Translations under genes and position numbers: made by a program | Shown here: positions 1 to 11,770 of the stretch, piece after piece | Numbering within the stretch: position 1 is the stretch's first letter | Layout: every line of letters starts with the position of its first letter | Notes under the pieces: generated by a model | The model's database searches: none | What the model saw: the letters and a program-made list of their open reading frames with translations, nothing else | What the model was told of the DNA's origin: nothing | NCBI RefSeq assembly: GCF_000150275.1 | Contig: NW_002060956.1 | Coordinates: forward strand, 1,424,280-1,488,279 | DNA from: Trichoplax adhaerens | Taxonomy: Eukaryota; Animalia; Placozoa | Length of the DNA: 64,000 bases | Direction: 5' to 3'

Positions 1-505
1 AAATTTAACGAAAGCAAGGCACAAATAATTTTTCATATAAGATATTATTAATAGTGGTAGTAAAATTCTATAATGAAATATCCATTATTGTCTCTAAATG
101 GTGAGAATTGCTTTACCAAAGCCACAATCAAATTAACTTTTAGTCACAAGTATAACATCAGCCTAGTCCAAGTTAACAGAGCCATAATAAATCTTAGATA
201 ATTATTAGGACAATAATATCCAATATCCAGAATTATTGCGTTTGTTGCAATAATAAAATATTTACTTTAAAACGTCATAGTAATCGAGAATAAAATCAGC
301 AAGAAGGATAAGGATGAGTGACCGGCGAAAAAAAAGTCTGAGTAAAAATTTGATCGCGTATGGTTTACCAACTATACCGTCAAATTTATCAAGCAAATCT
401 CTAAAATTGCCTTTGGTAAGATAAGAATAAAGCAATCGACAATTTACACTAAAACAATACAGAAATACATAATATTAGTTGTGATAGCTTCAAGATAATT
501 TCAAC

Positions 506-3500
506 TTAGGCGGAATTTTCAATGAATCGGGATGCCACTTCTTTGACTTGTCGATATAGATTGTCAGCTTTCATCATAATTTCTTCGTTGGCTTTATATC
601 TTCTTAACTGAGTATAGTTTTATTGAAGACCAGATTTAGAAACACATTACATACAATAGAAAGTAAAGTAAACTAGGCTTGCTACCTTTTTAATTGTTAA
701 TATTAGGTCTTTATTTTTTACGATCGCCTCGGCAGATAAATTGGTCACTTCAATATCGTTTAGAATGCTTATACAGCGATTAATGTCCTATAATTAATTA
801 TATAACCACATTGGAACAATTCAAAAAATTTTGACAAAAAGATTTCTAGTTTATTTATCATTTTTGCACGATCTTGAGCCACTAAAAATACCAATCCTAA
901 AATAATTATCAAGAATCACTTGTTTATATAGTAAGATATACCGGTGAATCAACTCTCATCGATTCTCTTAGCGATAGAGATAGTCTCTTCAAATGTGAGT
1001 CAGCTGTTATTGATGTAGGAACTTCCTTAGTCTGAGGTACTGACTTATCGGAATCAAGTGTAGATTTCATATCAGCTTTGGCTCGAGTCATTTCATTACG
1101 AGGCTCATTACTCTCAGAATCACGTTCTTTACTTTCATCTATAGTACAATAATTGAAAGAATTGTATGATTTTAATTTAATCGATAAGCCGATAGATTTT
1201 ATTCATTTAGCAACTAATATAGATAACCTTTTATCTGTTTCTTTCCTTCCATTTTGCGCGCTAGTAATTCTTTCTTCTTTCGTTCTTTAAGGGCTTGTTT
1301 TCGCTTTTCCTTTTCAGCTTCCTTTTTAGCTCTGATATTGAGCGTTGTGTTACGTATTAATACTTGGTATTATAAATCCATGCAAAATTTTACACAGAAT
1401 GAAATAAAACTCTATATATTGTCGATATATCATTTGGTACTTACATTTTTTGCTGAAGCTTTTCAGCCTTACGCTTTTCTTTTTCTACTTTCTTTTGCCC
1501 TTCATCTATCCATCAATATTAGTAATTTAAATTGTTTTAATCAATATCTACAACTAAAGGTTATTCCAATCTTAATAGCTTCGATAACTAATACTTGCAC
1601 CATGCATTAACGTACAAGAACTGTAATATTTTCTTACTTTTATCGTCTTCTTTTCCATTGGTGTGGCCGCTATTATCCGTTACAACACTAGCTGTGCCAG
1701 TACCTATCGAAATTTTGAGTTTTATACCCGCGGTTGCTGACTGACTATTCTTCTTACTCTTTTTTTCACTATCTTCTTTTATAGAACGTTTTACTGTATA
1801 AATGAAGAAAGTCAGACTTTAATCGATTAAATCTTTAAAAGTAGCCGGTACACATAGCAGAAGAGATATTCTATGAGCGCATCCAAACGTTCGATGATCT
1901 AGCGAGTTGTTTACGTTTTGAAATACAACGACTACGTAGATTTTATAATAGTTAACTGCTACTTCTTTCCAAGTAAAATATAACTTTATCTCATTAAAAG
2001 CACAAAGTGATCCGTTCTAGATTATAGATCATTTCACTTTATTGCTAATACCCAGAGAAAAGAGCTACCGTAATGACCACTGCAGCACAGAATATAGCAT
2101 AAGTTCGTCAAAAAATGGAAGAGCTCCAAGATAAATTATTAATTTTACGTAATATAATTAATAATTATCATACAAGATAAAAAAATGAAAAAAAAATTTA
2201 ATCTGAAATATATACGTATTCTTCTACTCTATCTCTGTTAATTAATACAGATTCGAGTCCAATTAAAAATATGAAATTGTACCATAGATATCAATCACAA
2301 GGTCAATATATTAAAAATGATACTCCAATTACTATTTTTACTACACTGCTAATTTTTAAACCATTACTACAAGTACAGTACCGTCTCCAGGGTGCTCTTC
2401 ATCAGATGACACATCAAATCTACTTTGATTCTCTTTTCTCACAACATCCATCATTTTCGACGTAATAAGACCAAATTGTGAATTTTTGCCTTCACCAGTA
2501 ACTTCATCAGGCGGTTCAACGTCATCTGACTCATTATATACAGTTGTTTTAAGTTTTTTTGAAGTAGTTTTAGCTTTTGATTTCGCTTTTCGTTTAATAG
2601 TTAATTTAGGAATGGATTCTTTGCTTTTTTTAGTCTAATGATGTCAGAGAGAACAGGCACATTGGTCAATTAATATTTCTTTATAATTATTCATTGGAAT
2701 TGTACATTGTGAGGATATATCCATTTCTACCTAGATCATCTTACTATAGATTATAACCGTTTAAGTACATAAAATATTATTTGAAAGTTTTCAAAATTAG
2801 CGATCACTACAAATTATTAGTAAACTAGTTCTTCAACCCCGAGAAGAGATCCGTAACACCAATAAATATTATTTTTGAAACGCTTAAGTAAGAGGCAACA
2901 GTAATCATACAAGTTGTTATCAATAATGTTAATTTCTAGTATTAATTATGAACAAATAGTAGAATAGTGAGAAAATAAAGCACAGCTGGAGTTGATTATT
3001 TTAAGCATATGCTAAATTAGAAAATAGGATTGATCTTTACAACTTTTTATATTTAAATGCATAGATTTAATGCTATTCGTTATAAAAATAATATACGTAG
3101 CGTTTTCATTAGGTAAAATTTTGTAATACCTTTCATAGATCAACTAAATAATCCTACTTCTTGATATTAATTACGGTATAAAAATATTGACCTGAATATT
3201 CTTAATATTGTACTTACCACAGAAACAGATACGCTATCAGGTAAAGGAGTGATCGCATCGTCAGCATACTCATTTGGCTGCTATAATAGCAAGATTGCAT
3301 TTTCAAGATGGTTAAAATTTTGATAGCATATTAACATGATATTGTTACAATGTAGTCTGGTAAAATCTCCTTGATTAATTTTTAAATGAAGATTAATCAA
3401 TTACCGTATTATCAGCAGCGTTGTTATCAGCTTCATGCACAGATTTGGTAGTTGATGTGTTTTGTTTGTCTGTTTGGGTCTCGTCAGGTGGATTGCTCTG

Positions 3501-4288
3501 AAATTCTTCATCTACATCAGCAATATCCTCAGTAGACTGCAATTGCGTAGCATGGTGTTCAATTTCTGCTAATGCTTGAAGGAAAATTTTATTTTTTTTG
3601 GATTTTGCAAATTTCTCCTTATTCTTTTCGTATGGAAATACATTGTTAGGCAGTATAAAGCCACTGCAATAGTAGAAAAACAAAAGTAGGAGGATACATT
3701 TTAAGTTAGATGAAGTGACTACAATTTAAAAAGAGCGTAAGACAAATACGATGCAATTCATGAATAGAAACATTTGGTTGTGCTAAGCAACAACATCAAT
3801 TGACATCGTAATTGGTATCATGTTGAAGATTCTTAATCAGATGTTCTACTTTTACGACGCATTTTGTTGACATACGCGTATCTATTGCATATTGATCAAT
3901 CTTGACGCTAATACGAACCCAGAGGTCGTTTTCTATGGAAATATAGCTAAAATTTATAATTTACAATAAGTACAAATGTGCACTGTATGTAAACATAAAT
4001 TTAGCTTCTCTAAAACTAGAACACAATCTTTAACATACCTTGTATGTAATCAAGTTAACGTACTCAAGTATACTGGGCTGTACTGAGCAAGCAAATCAAA
4101 TTCAATTATTGACTATGATGCGGTACTCTATGGTGAAAGACTTGAACTTACACTTCATCACTACCAAAAAAGCGAACAGTAACTTTATTCTTCTTTACAC
4201 CATTTCTGCTATCAACAAAAGCGGGCCAAGGCGGATGACCTTTAATCTTTGCCCAAACCAAATCCCCATCTTTAAATTTTGAAGCCAT
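506..4288 (-). CDS. HDGF-related / LEDGF-like chromatin protein (N-terminal PWWP, C-terminal IBD-like domain), about 10 exons
   Basis: Exon 1 (4288 to ~4151) reads MASKFKDGDLVWAKIKGHPPWPAFVD...VRFFGSDE, a PWWP motif. Exon 2 (~3663-3405) has FPYEKNKEKFAK...FLQALAEIE, typical of HDGF-family PWWP. Lys/acidic low-complexity exons follow. The last exon reads LRRYKANEEIMMKADNLYRQVKE...ENSA* (TAA 506-508), resembling the LEDGF/HDGFL2 integrase-binding domain. GT-AG introns. Confidence 0.85.
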
Positions 4289-6644
4289 GTTGTAGTAGAC
4301 GTGGATCAAATATAGCTACTGTACAGGAAAAAAATCAGTCAAGAATATGTTCTATTATCATACTGGAAGAAGTAAGAATACTGTACTATTTTAATCGTCT
4401 TGCATTTAAGCATCATCTCAGTTATAAATACAATACCACAGAAATTGTTGTACAGTAGATAAAAAGGTTGAATGTTTGACTACTTTGTAGAACGCTGGTC
4501 ATACTCTACATACTGTATATACTTTAATGTATAGTACAATTCTAACATCCATGCACACAGTGCTCTATACACGTTTCTCATTTCTTTATAAAGTATTCAC
4601 AATTCTATTCACAAAGCATCGATCGGCACTTTTATTGGCAAAATGCACTACGATCTTGAAGAGTCAATAAAATAGTAATGTATAATATAAACATATCTAA
4701 TGTAACCTAGATTGATTGGTAAGTTCAACACTTTAACGAAATTGTAGACATTATAAAGATAATTGATCGTACACAACATGAATTGTATAGTCTGCCATTA
4801 ATTAGACAAGCATTTAAAAATAATGATGAATGATAGAGAAGTTAAGTGTTGCTATTTATTGTACTGTACATATGCTTACACTGCACAGTTTTCAATGTAG
4901 TACAGAGCGAACGTTCTAGTAACCGCTAAAATTACTGAATAGTTGGCATTAATCAGTTCAGATATCTGTAAATTTTGTACTGTATATGAGTAGAAAAATA
5001 ACTTTTACTTTCTTTTGTGAGATGAAGATACCATACAGTACTACGGTGTAAATTTATCAATACACGTAGTCAAGAGAGAGAGAGCACACTAAGCTTCAAT
5101 ACTTTGAGATCTACGTATGCATTGAATAGCACACCGAAGAATTTACGCGTACATACTGTATGATCACTATCGAATTAAGTGGTATTTTTCAATTGTGTAA
5201 CTGTATTTAATTACAAGTGTTGTTTTAAAGTCATTGCCACCATAATTCTTCTATGCAATACACCCAATTATATGCGTACTGTATATTCTAAATCAAGCGA
5301 TTTTAAGGTTTTAAATTCAATTTCTTTAGCGTTCTTCCAGTACAATCATAACTTTTGTCATTGCAATTCAATTTTTAGAAAAGGTTACAACTCTACTAGA
5401 GAACACTCAAGAAATGTTTGTATTTCACTTCTAAATAGCTTGATTTTGATACGGAAACCTTATTTGATTAATTATTGATGTTGGGTTTGCGTTGGCCCAA
5501 CTAAATTGATAATAGCGTACGTATGCATGCATCAGGATACAATGTTACTTACTTATGGGTACTTATGGGTGATGAAGATAATACATAGAATATCAAGACA
5601 CAGATACAACAGTGGCAACACAAGTTGTTGATCTCAAAGTGTAATAGGAAGTATGAATATGGAATATGATAAGAAGGTAGTTTAACGCATGGTGCAAATG
5701 ACGATGATACCATTCCAATATTATAGTGATTACAAAGTCACTTTTAGTTGGATATGGTTATGAACGCAATTGAAGAAGTAGATTACCATGAAGTTGTACA
5801 ATGATCGACATGAATCGATTGCGAAGTGGCACGATGGAGGTTGTGAGACAAGGAGAGGATATGAAAGAAGTATTCGATACCCTCGTTAATCCACAAATTC
5901 TACCTCGTCGCTCACTATTCGGTAGAACTACCTTCTACTACCTGTTTCTGTACTGCTCTAATTAGTACTAATCTACCCATTGATCCAGTAGAGAATTTGT
6001 GATCAACGTACATGTCTAAATTTTACTTTCTAGTTATTTTAGCTCAATTCAGTACCCATCATGGACTACTAGAAACGCATATATCCATGGTATCACTCCA
6101 TTACGCGTACTTTTGATTCATAAATAATCCCTTGTAGGCTTTTACTGTATGCACAAAACATACGTATAGTACTTCCATCCTGAATTAATTGAAGCAATTT
6201 TACGCTTTAAGTTTGTTATGGTCATAACAAGAAATGCCATACCAGTACCAGGTGTTAAAAATAAGAGCAATCTTGTCTTGAAAACAGTACAAACGGATTA
6301 ATATAAAATTTCATTTGTTCTACTTATTACTCTACGTACATTATTCCCCTTGAATGCAATGCTATTCCTGTAATGTTGAGAAAAGTACAAATTGAATTTA
6401 TATGCAATTGATGGCATTCAATAGGGAATTCTTTATGAATAGAATGTCGCAAGTTCCCAGTGAATAGCGTGTATACAGGGTCTAAAAGGTAGTGGCCATT
6501 CCAGTACTGTAAGACGGAATGTTAAGAGTGATGGAAAGGCTTGATTTGATCACTAAGTGGCTTTTCCTTTCAGTGGTCAATCATACTGCAGAGACAGTAT
6601 AGTACACTACTAGACGTAGTTAGCAATCCCTCGTTGCACACGAG

Positions 6645-7335
6645 TATGGTTATACTAGACGAATAATCATTTTTGGATACATGATTGGCTTCAAGTTGGC
6701 AAGGAGCTACGTAAATGGTTTACCTGCCATTGCTTTGTCATTTCATGACCGAGATTATGCATGGAGAGCCTTGGTTATTATATGTGATACAGGATTTTGC
6801 TATACCTGTAAGAATTCTATTGTAGGCTATGGCTTATACTACACGAATAATCATTCTTTTGACACATGGTTGGCAATGAGCTCCGTAAATGCTTTACCTG
6901 TCATTGCTTTGTCATTTCATGACCGAGAGCCTTGATTATTATATGTTATAGAAGATTTTGCTATACATGTATGAATTCTATTGTAGGCTATGGCTTATAC
7001 TACACGAATAATCATTTTTTGTGACACATCGTTGGCTTTAAGCTGGCAATGAGCTCCGTAAATGCTTTACCTGTCATTGCTTTGTCATTTCATGACCGAG
7101 AGCCTTGATTATTATACTGTATGTTATAGAAGATTTTGCTATACATGTATGAATTCTATTGTAGGCTATGGCTTATACTACATGAATAATCATTTTTGTG
7201 ACACATCGTTGGCAATGAGCTCCGTAAATGCTTTACCTGCCATTGCTTTGTCATTTCATTACTGAGATTATGCATGGAGAACCTTGATTATTGTATGTTA
7301 TAGGAGATTTTGCTATACCTGTATGAATTCTATTG
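6645..7335. repeat. Tandem array, 4 copies of a 160-185 bp unit
   Basis: GAATAATCAT recurs at 6661, 6845, 7006 and 7184, with shared core GGCAATGAGCTCCGTAAATGCTTTACCTG...GAATTCTATTG. Confidence 0.95.
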
Positions 7336-7354
7336 CAAACTCTAGAGTATCGAT

Positions 7355-7385
7355 GCCATTTCCGTACGTTGAGTACGGAAATGGC
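7355..7385. other. Perfect 13-bp hairpin with 5-nt loop
   Basis: GCCATTTCCGTAC-gttga-GTACGGAAATGGC, about 20 bp after the end of the tandem array. Confidence 0.9.
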
Positions 7386-8889
7386 GCATTACTTACTAAG
7401 GAAAATGTTGCAGACTGTGAACTCTGTGCCGTGACCGCGTACTCTACGTTCTACAGACAGCATGGAAAATGAGTGCTGCTTCCGCACTTGAGTGGAGCCA
7501 TGGTCTTTCTCAATCGATCCAAATGCATCATGATCACTATTTACCTATTGGCTATCGGTAATATCTACTTTAAATTGATCGTTTTTACTATTATGATGCA
7601 TCGGCAGCTACTGATGCTACTCTACGCTATGGGCTGTAGACATGAATCCTACAAATGATCATTCAAAATACCGGACATGGCATCCCTTTCTGTATTTGTC
7701 TGCTATTCTATGGCGGCTTTATTGACGATGACAAAGTTGAACACTGGATTTGCATCGTATAGTAAAAGTGTTGGAAGTGTTCAACCGATGCAAAACAATA
7801 CCAATGTTCAAGTCAGCTGAAAGTGGACAGATATAGACTAACTTTCACGTTGAGTGAGCTTACAAGTAAGGAAAGAAAATTCAGTTCATTATCAAGAGGG
7901 GAAAATGGATAGCGACGAGCATAACAGTCGCATCGCTGTATGGTACATGTGTAAGTATTGTAGGGTAGAGTATAGCAGCCATTGGCAATGTTATGACACT
8001 CTTCAAGCATACTTGCATCAGGGAAAAAGCAGAGTAATAATTAGGGACTACTAAGCCCTTGATAGGATTGTAGCAATGCTGCCCTAACCGCAAGTTCTTG
8101 CTAATACTGCAGGAATAGTAGTATACTTGAAAAAGTCAGCAGTAACAATGGTTAGTCATGATATCGTCGTCAATCGATCGGACATGACTGCCCAAGGGAT
8201 TGAATAAGAAAGGCTAACCATTAGTCCAGTAGGGTAAAGGCGAGTATTTTCAAGGTAAAATAGTCCGAAGAAAAGGAGATGAGATACTGTAAATTGGAAT
8301 TGTTGTTTGAGGATTGCAACACCATGGTGCTACAAGGTCTAGTCACTAGTGAGTTTAAAGGATAGCGTAGCACTCTACGAGTCCGATGCAAATTCAAGTT
8401 GGCTATCGAAAGTGGTCAATCACGACTCATTTTGAGTATCGTCCTTCTTCAGGAAATTTAGTTGCAAACTGAAAATTCAACGTGTATCATTGCATAATGT
8501 GCCATTAGTCTCTCTACAATCGACTACATACTGCAAGTAAATTTCAAGTAGTTGCTCCATGTGATTAGAGTAGCGTTTTCATTGTCGTAGCTGACATCTT
8601 ACGCTACTGCGAGCCTGATGTTGACACATAACGTGATTTGATGGAGTACTTACGTCGTTGGCAAGAGGGAGAGATGTTGCTAGCACAGGTTTTACTTGAA
8701 GGCAAGACTTGTATCGATGATATCAGCAAGAATTTGGCGATTCTTGACGCCACTTTACCAGTAGCAATCTCTTGAAAGCAGTAAAATCAATCTTTCGCCA
8801 GAAAAGATTTTTTCGCCTATTTGGACATACTATAGGACAGCACAGTCAAGAATCTTCTGCTTCGCCTACAGTCCTCTTCAGCACGACCT

Positions 8890-10052
8890 TACCGTATGCA
8901 GTACACAACACTGTACACTGTACACTGTAGCGGCAAGGAGGGAAAGCTGGGAAATCCACAAAATCACGTGTTCTACAGTACATTGTACACTGTAGGCAGG
9001 GAGTGTACTGTACACTGGACACTGTGGCTACTGGACGGTGTCAGCCAGTTCACTTGACCGTCGCTGTTCCCACCACTCGGTCCGGTCCAGTCCAGTTCGA
9101 GCTGAATCGCTCATTTTTGAACCCAACCCTTCAATTACGGAACGGAGCCGACGGGTTCTAGAGCCGACAGTTCGGTTCGGAGTCCACCTTGAGCCGTCAG
9201 TTCAATATGGACAGTAGTACCTGTAACATTATGATCTTATATAGAAGATGCCTAGTATAGTAATATCCTAATATACGAATACTTATCATATACCGTTTAA
9301 GTACTGTATTGTATTACATTCATAATGTACGACATCATGACTACATATAGACGACATGCTATACATATAAAGACATTATCTCAATCCCATCTAAAACCTA
9401 TAAATACCCTTGTACGCTAACTCGTTAGTCAGTTCCTACATTCCTGCTATCTCAAATACCTTATCTATAACAACCATATCATTGTTAGCCTGTAACTTGT
9501 ATCTCCATAAAATCCTTTATACCTTCTATCATCGTCTACCTTAAAATACTTTACGCTACTTAAAGAAGATATCATTACAGTACCCGTACGTCGTTATAGA
9601 CTGTACAGTATTGGAGAAGTCACGGACTTGCGGACGTAAGTTACGGTCTACCGTATGCAGTACACTGTCTGGACTGTAGTGGCAAGGAGGGAAATCAACG
9701 AAATCCACATGGTCACGGGTTTTATAGTACATTGTACTGTACACTGTAGAACTACACTGTACACTGTACACTGTGGCCACTGGACGGTGTCAGCCAGTTC
9801 ACTTGACCGTCGCTATCCCCTCGACTCGGTCCGGTCCAGTCCAGTTCGAGCTGAATCGCTCATTTTTGAACCCAACCCTTCAATTACGGAACGAAGCCGA
9901 TCGGTTCTAGAGCCGACAGTTCGGTTCGGAGTCCACCTTGAGCCGTCGGTTCAAATATGGACTGAGTACCCGTACGTAGTTATACAGTGAGTACAGTATT
10001 GGAGAAGTCACGGACTTACGGACGTAAGTTACGGTCTACCGTATGCAGTACA
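8890..10052. repeat. GC-richer repeated element, unit about 390 bp: partial copy 8890-9225, full copy 9579-9965, partial copy 9965-10052; possible non-autonomous transposon remnant
   Basis: Near-identical blocks ACTGGACGGTGTCAGCCAGTTC...GAGCCGTC(A/G)GTTCAA occur at ~9031-9207 and ~9779-9955. The block AGTACCCGTACG...ACCGTATGCAGTAC occurs at 9579 and 9965. Confidence 0.9.
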
Positions 10053-10411
10053 TTATTAAACTGTACAGTATAATAATACATACACATCAAGAATACATAG
10101 CCCAGCGAACTTTGATGCTGCTCTTGGCAATGTTACAGCAAGTACTTGACGCTTGGAAAGGGGGCCGTAATTGAAAAGAACATCCAACGAAAGGACAAAC
10201 TATTTTATCCATGTTTACCATTTTAGGATCTGTTTCCCTCGTGATGGTCGCAAAGGAAGTACGCTACAGAGAGACACCCACCGGACGACCCGTTCCGTTG
10301 TAGATCCCTTACCAACGACCAACGGGTAGCATAACGCCATTCCAGTAGACTGCAGTTACAGTACTATGGGGAGTATTTTTGCGCCAGTCGAAATGGGGAA
10401 GATGGAGGCAT

Positions 10412-11550
10412 GGACTACTCGTTGTACAGTATAAAACTGTACTGTACTGTAGAACACAGTATGGACAGCCATGACTACGGTTGGACAGACATGCCAAGCA
10501 TCAAATGATAGTATTAATACAGTATGAATAGTCTACTGTACAGTATAGTACTGAGAACACAGTATGGCATTATAGCCATGACTACAGTAGGACAGCCATG
10601 CAAAAAAGCAAGGCAGTATAGCATGACAGGCAGTACGGTTGGACAGACATGCAAAGCATCAAATGATGGTATGAATACAGAGTATGCATAACAGTATGAA
10701 TAGTCTACTGTACAGTATAGTACTGAGAACACAGTATGGCATTATAGCCATGACTACAGTAGGGACAGTCTTGCAAAAAAGCAAGACAGTAAGGCATGAC
10801 AGGCAGTACGGTTGGACAGACATGCAAAGCATCAAATGATGGTATGAAACTATGAATACAGAGTATGCATAACAGTATGAATAGTCTACTGTACAGTATA
10901 GTACTGAGAACACAATATGGCATGACAGCCACGACTACAGACCTACAGTAGGACAGACATGCAAAGCATCAAGCAAGTCGGTATGGCATGACAGCCATGA
11001 CTACAGTAGGACAGACATGCAAAGCATAAAGCAAGACAGCATGGCATGACAGGCAGTACGGTTGGACAGACATGCAAAGCATCAAAGGATGGTATGAAAC
11101 TATGAATACAGAGTATGAATACAGTATGAATAGTCTACTGTACAGTGTACAGTGTACAGTACTGTACATACTGTACTGTATAGTACTGAAAACACAGTAA
11201 GGCATCAGAGCCACGACTACAGACCTACAGTAGGACAGACGTGCAAAGCATCAAGCAAGACAGTATGGCTGCCAGAGTCAGGCTGATGACAGCCATGACT
11301 ACGGTTGGACAGACATGCAAAGCATCAAATGATAGTATGAATAGTCTACTATACAGTATAGTACTAACAACACAGTATGGCATGAGAGCCACAACTACAG
11401 ACCTACAATTGGACAGACACGCAAAGCATCAAGCAAGTCAGTATAGCATGACAGCCATGACTACGGTTGGACAGACATGCAAAGCAGAAAGCAACACAGT
11501 ATGGTATGACAGCCATGACTGCAGACCTACTGTACTGTAGGACAGACATG
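10412..11550. repeat. Modular (mosaic) satellite directly upstream of TMED7
   Basis: Shuffled modules GGACAGACATGCAAAGCATCAA, ACAGCCATGACTAC and ATGAATAGTCTACTGTACAGTATAGTACTGAGAACAC are repeated many times. Confidence 0.95.
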
Positions 11551-11770
11551 CCCAGCATCCACACGACGCCAGGCTACAGTACCTAGTCGCAGCTACAGTA
11601 CAAGCTATCCTAAGTTGGACACGTATGCATCGTCGACTCTACTGCACATGCGTGGTGTCCATCTCGATCGCCCCAAGCCAAATCGACGCCTACGACGTTA
11701 GCATCAAATCCGCAATCGCTGTTGGACTTTCGCATTTAGTCGATTAATCCATGTACAAAGTGGCCAAAGG

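Noticed and set aside
1254-1610. 118-aa hydrophobic ORF on the + strand
   Set aside because: Antisense to Lys-rich exons of the HDGF-like gene.
9160-9195. tRNA or B-box-like GGTTCGGAGTCC
   Set aside because: No cloverleaf or convincing A-box seen; kept only as part of the repeat element.
10309-11540. Multiple Cys/Tyr-rich ORFs in the track
   Set aside because: Translations of satellite DNA in several frames on both strands.
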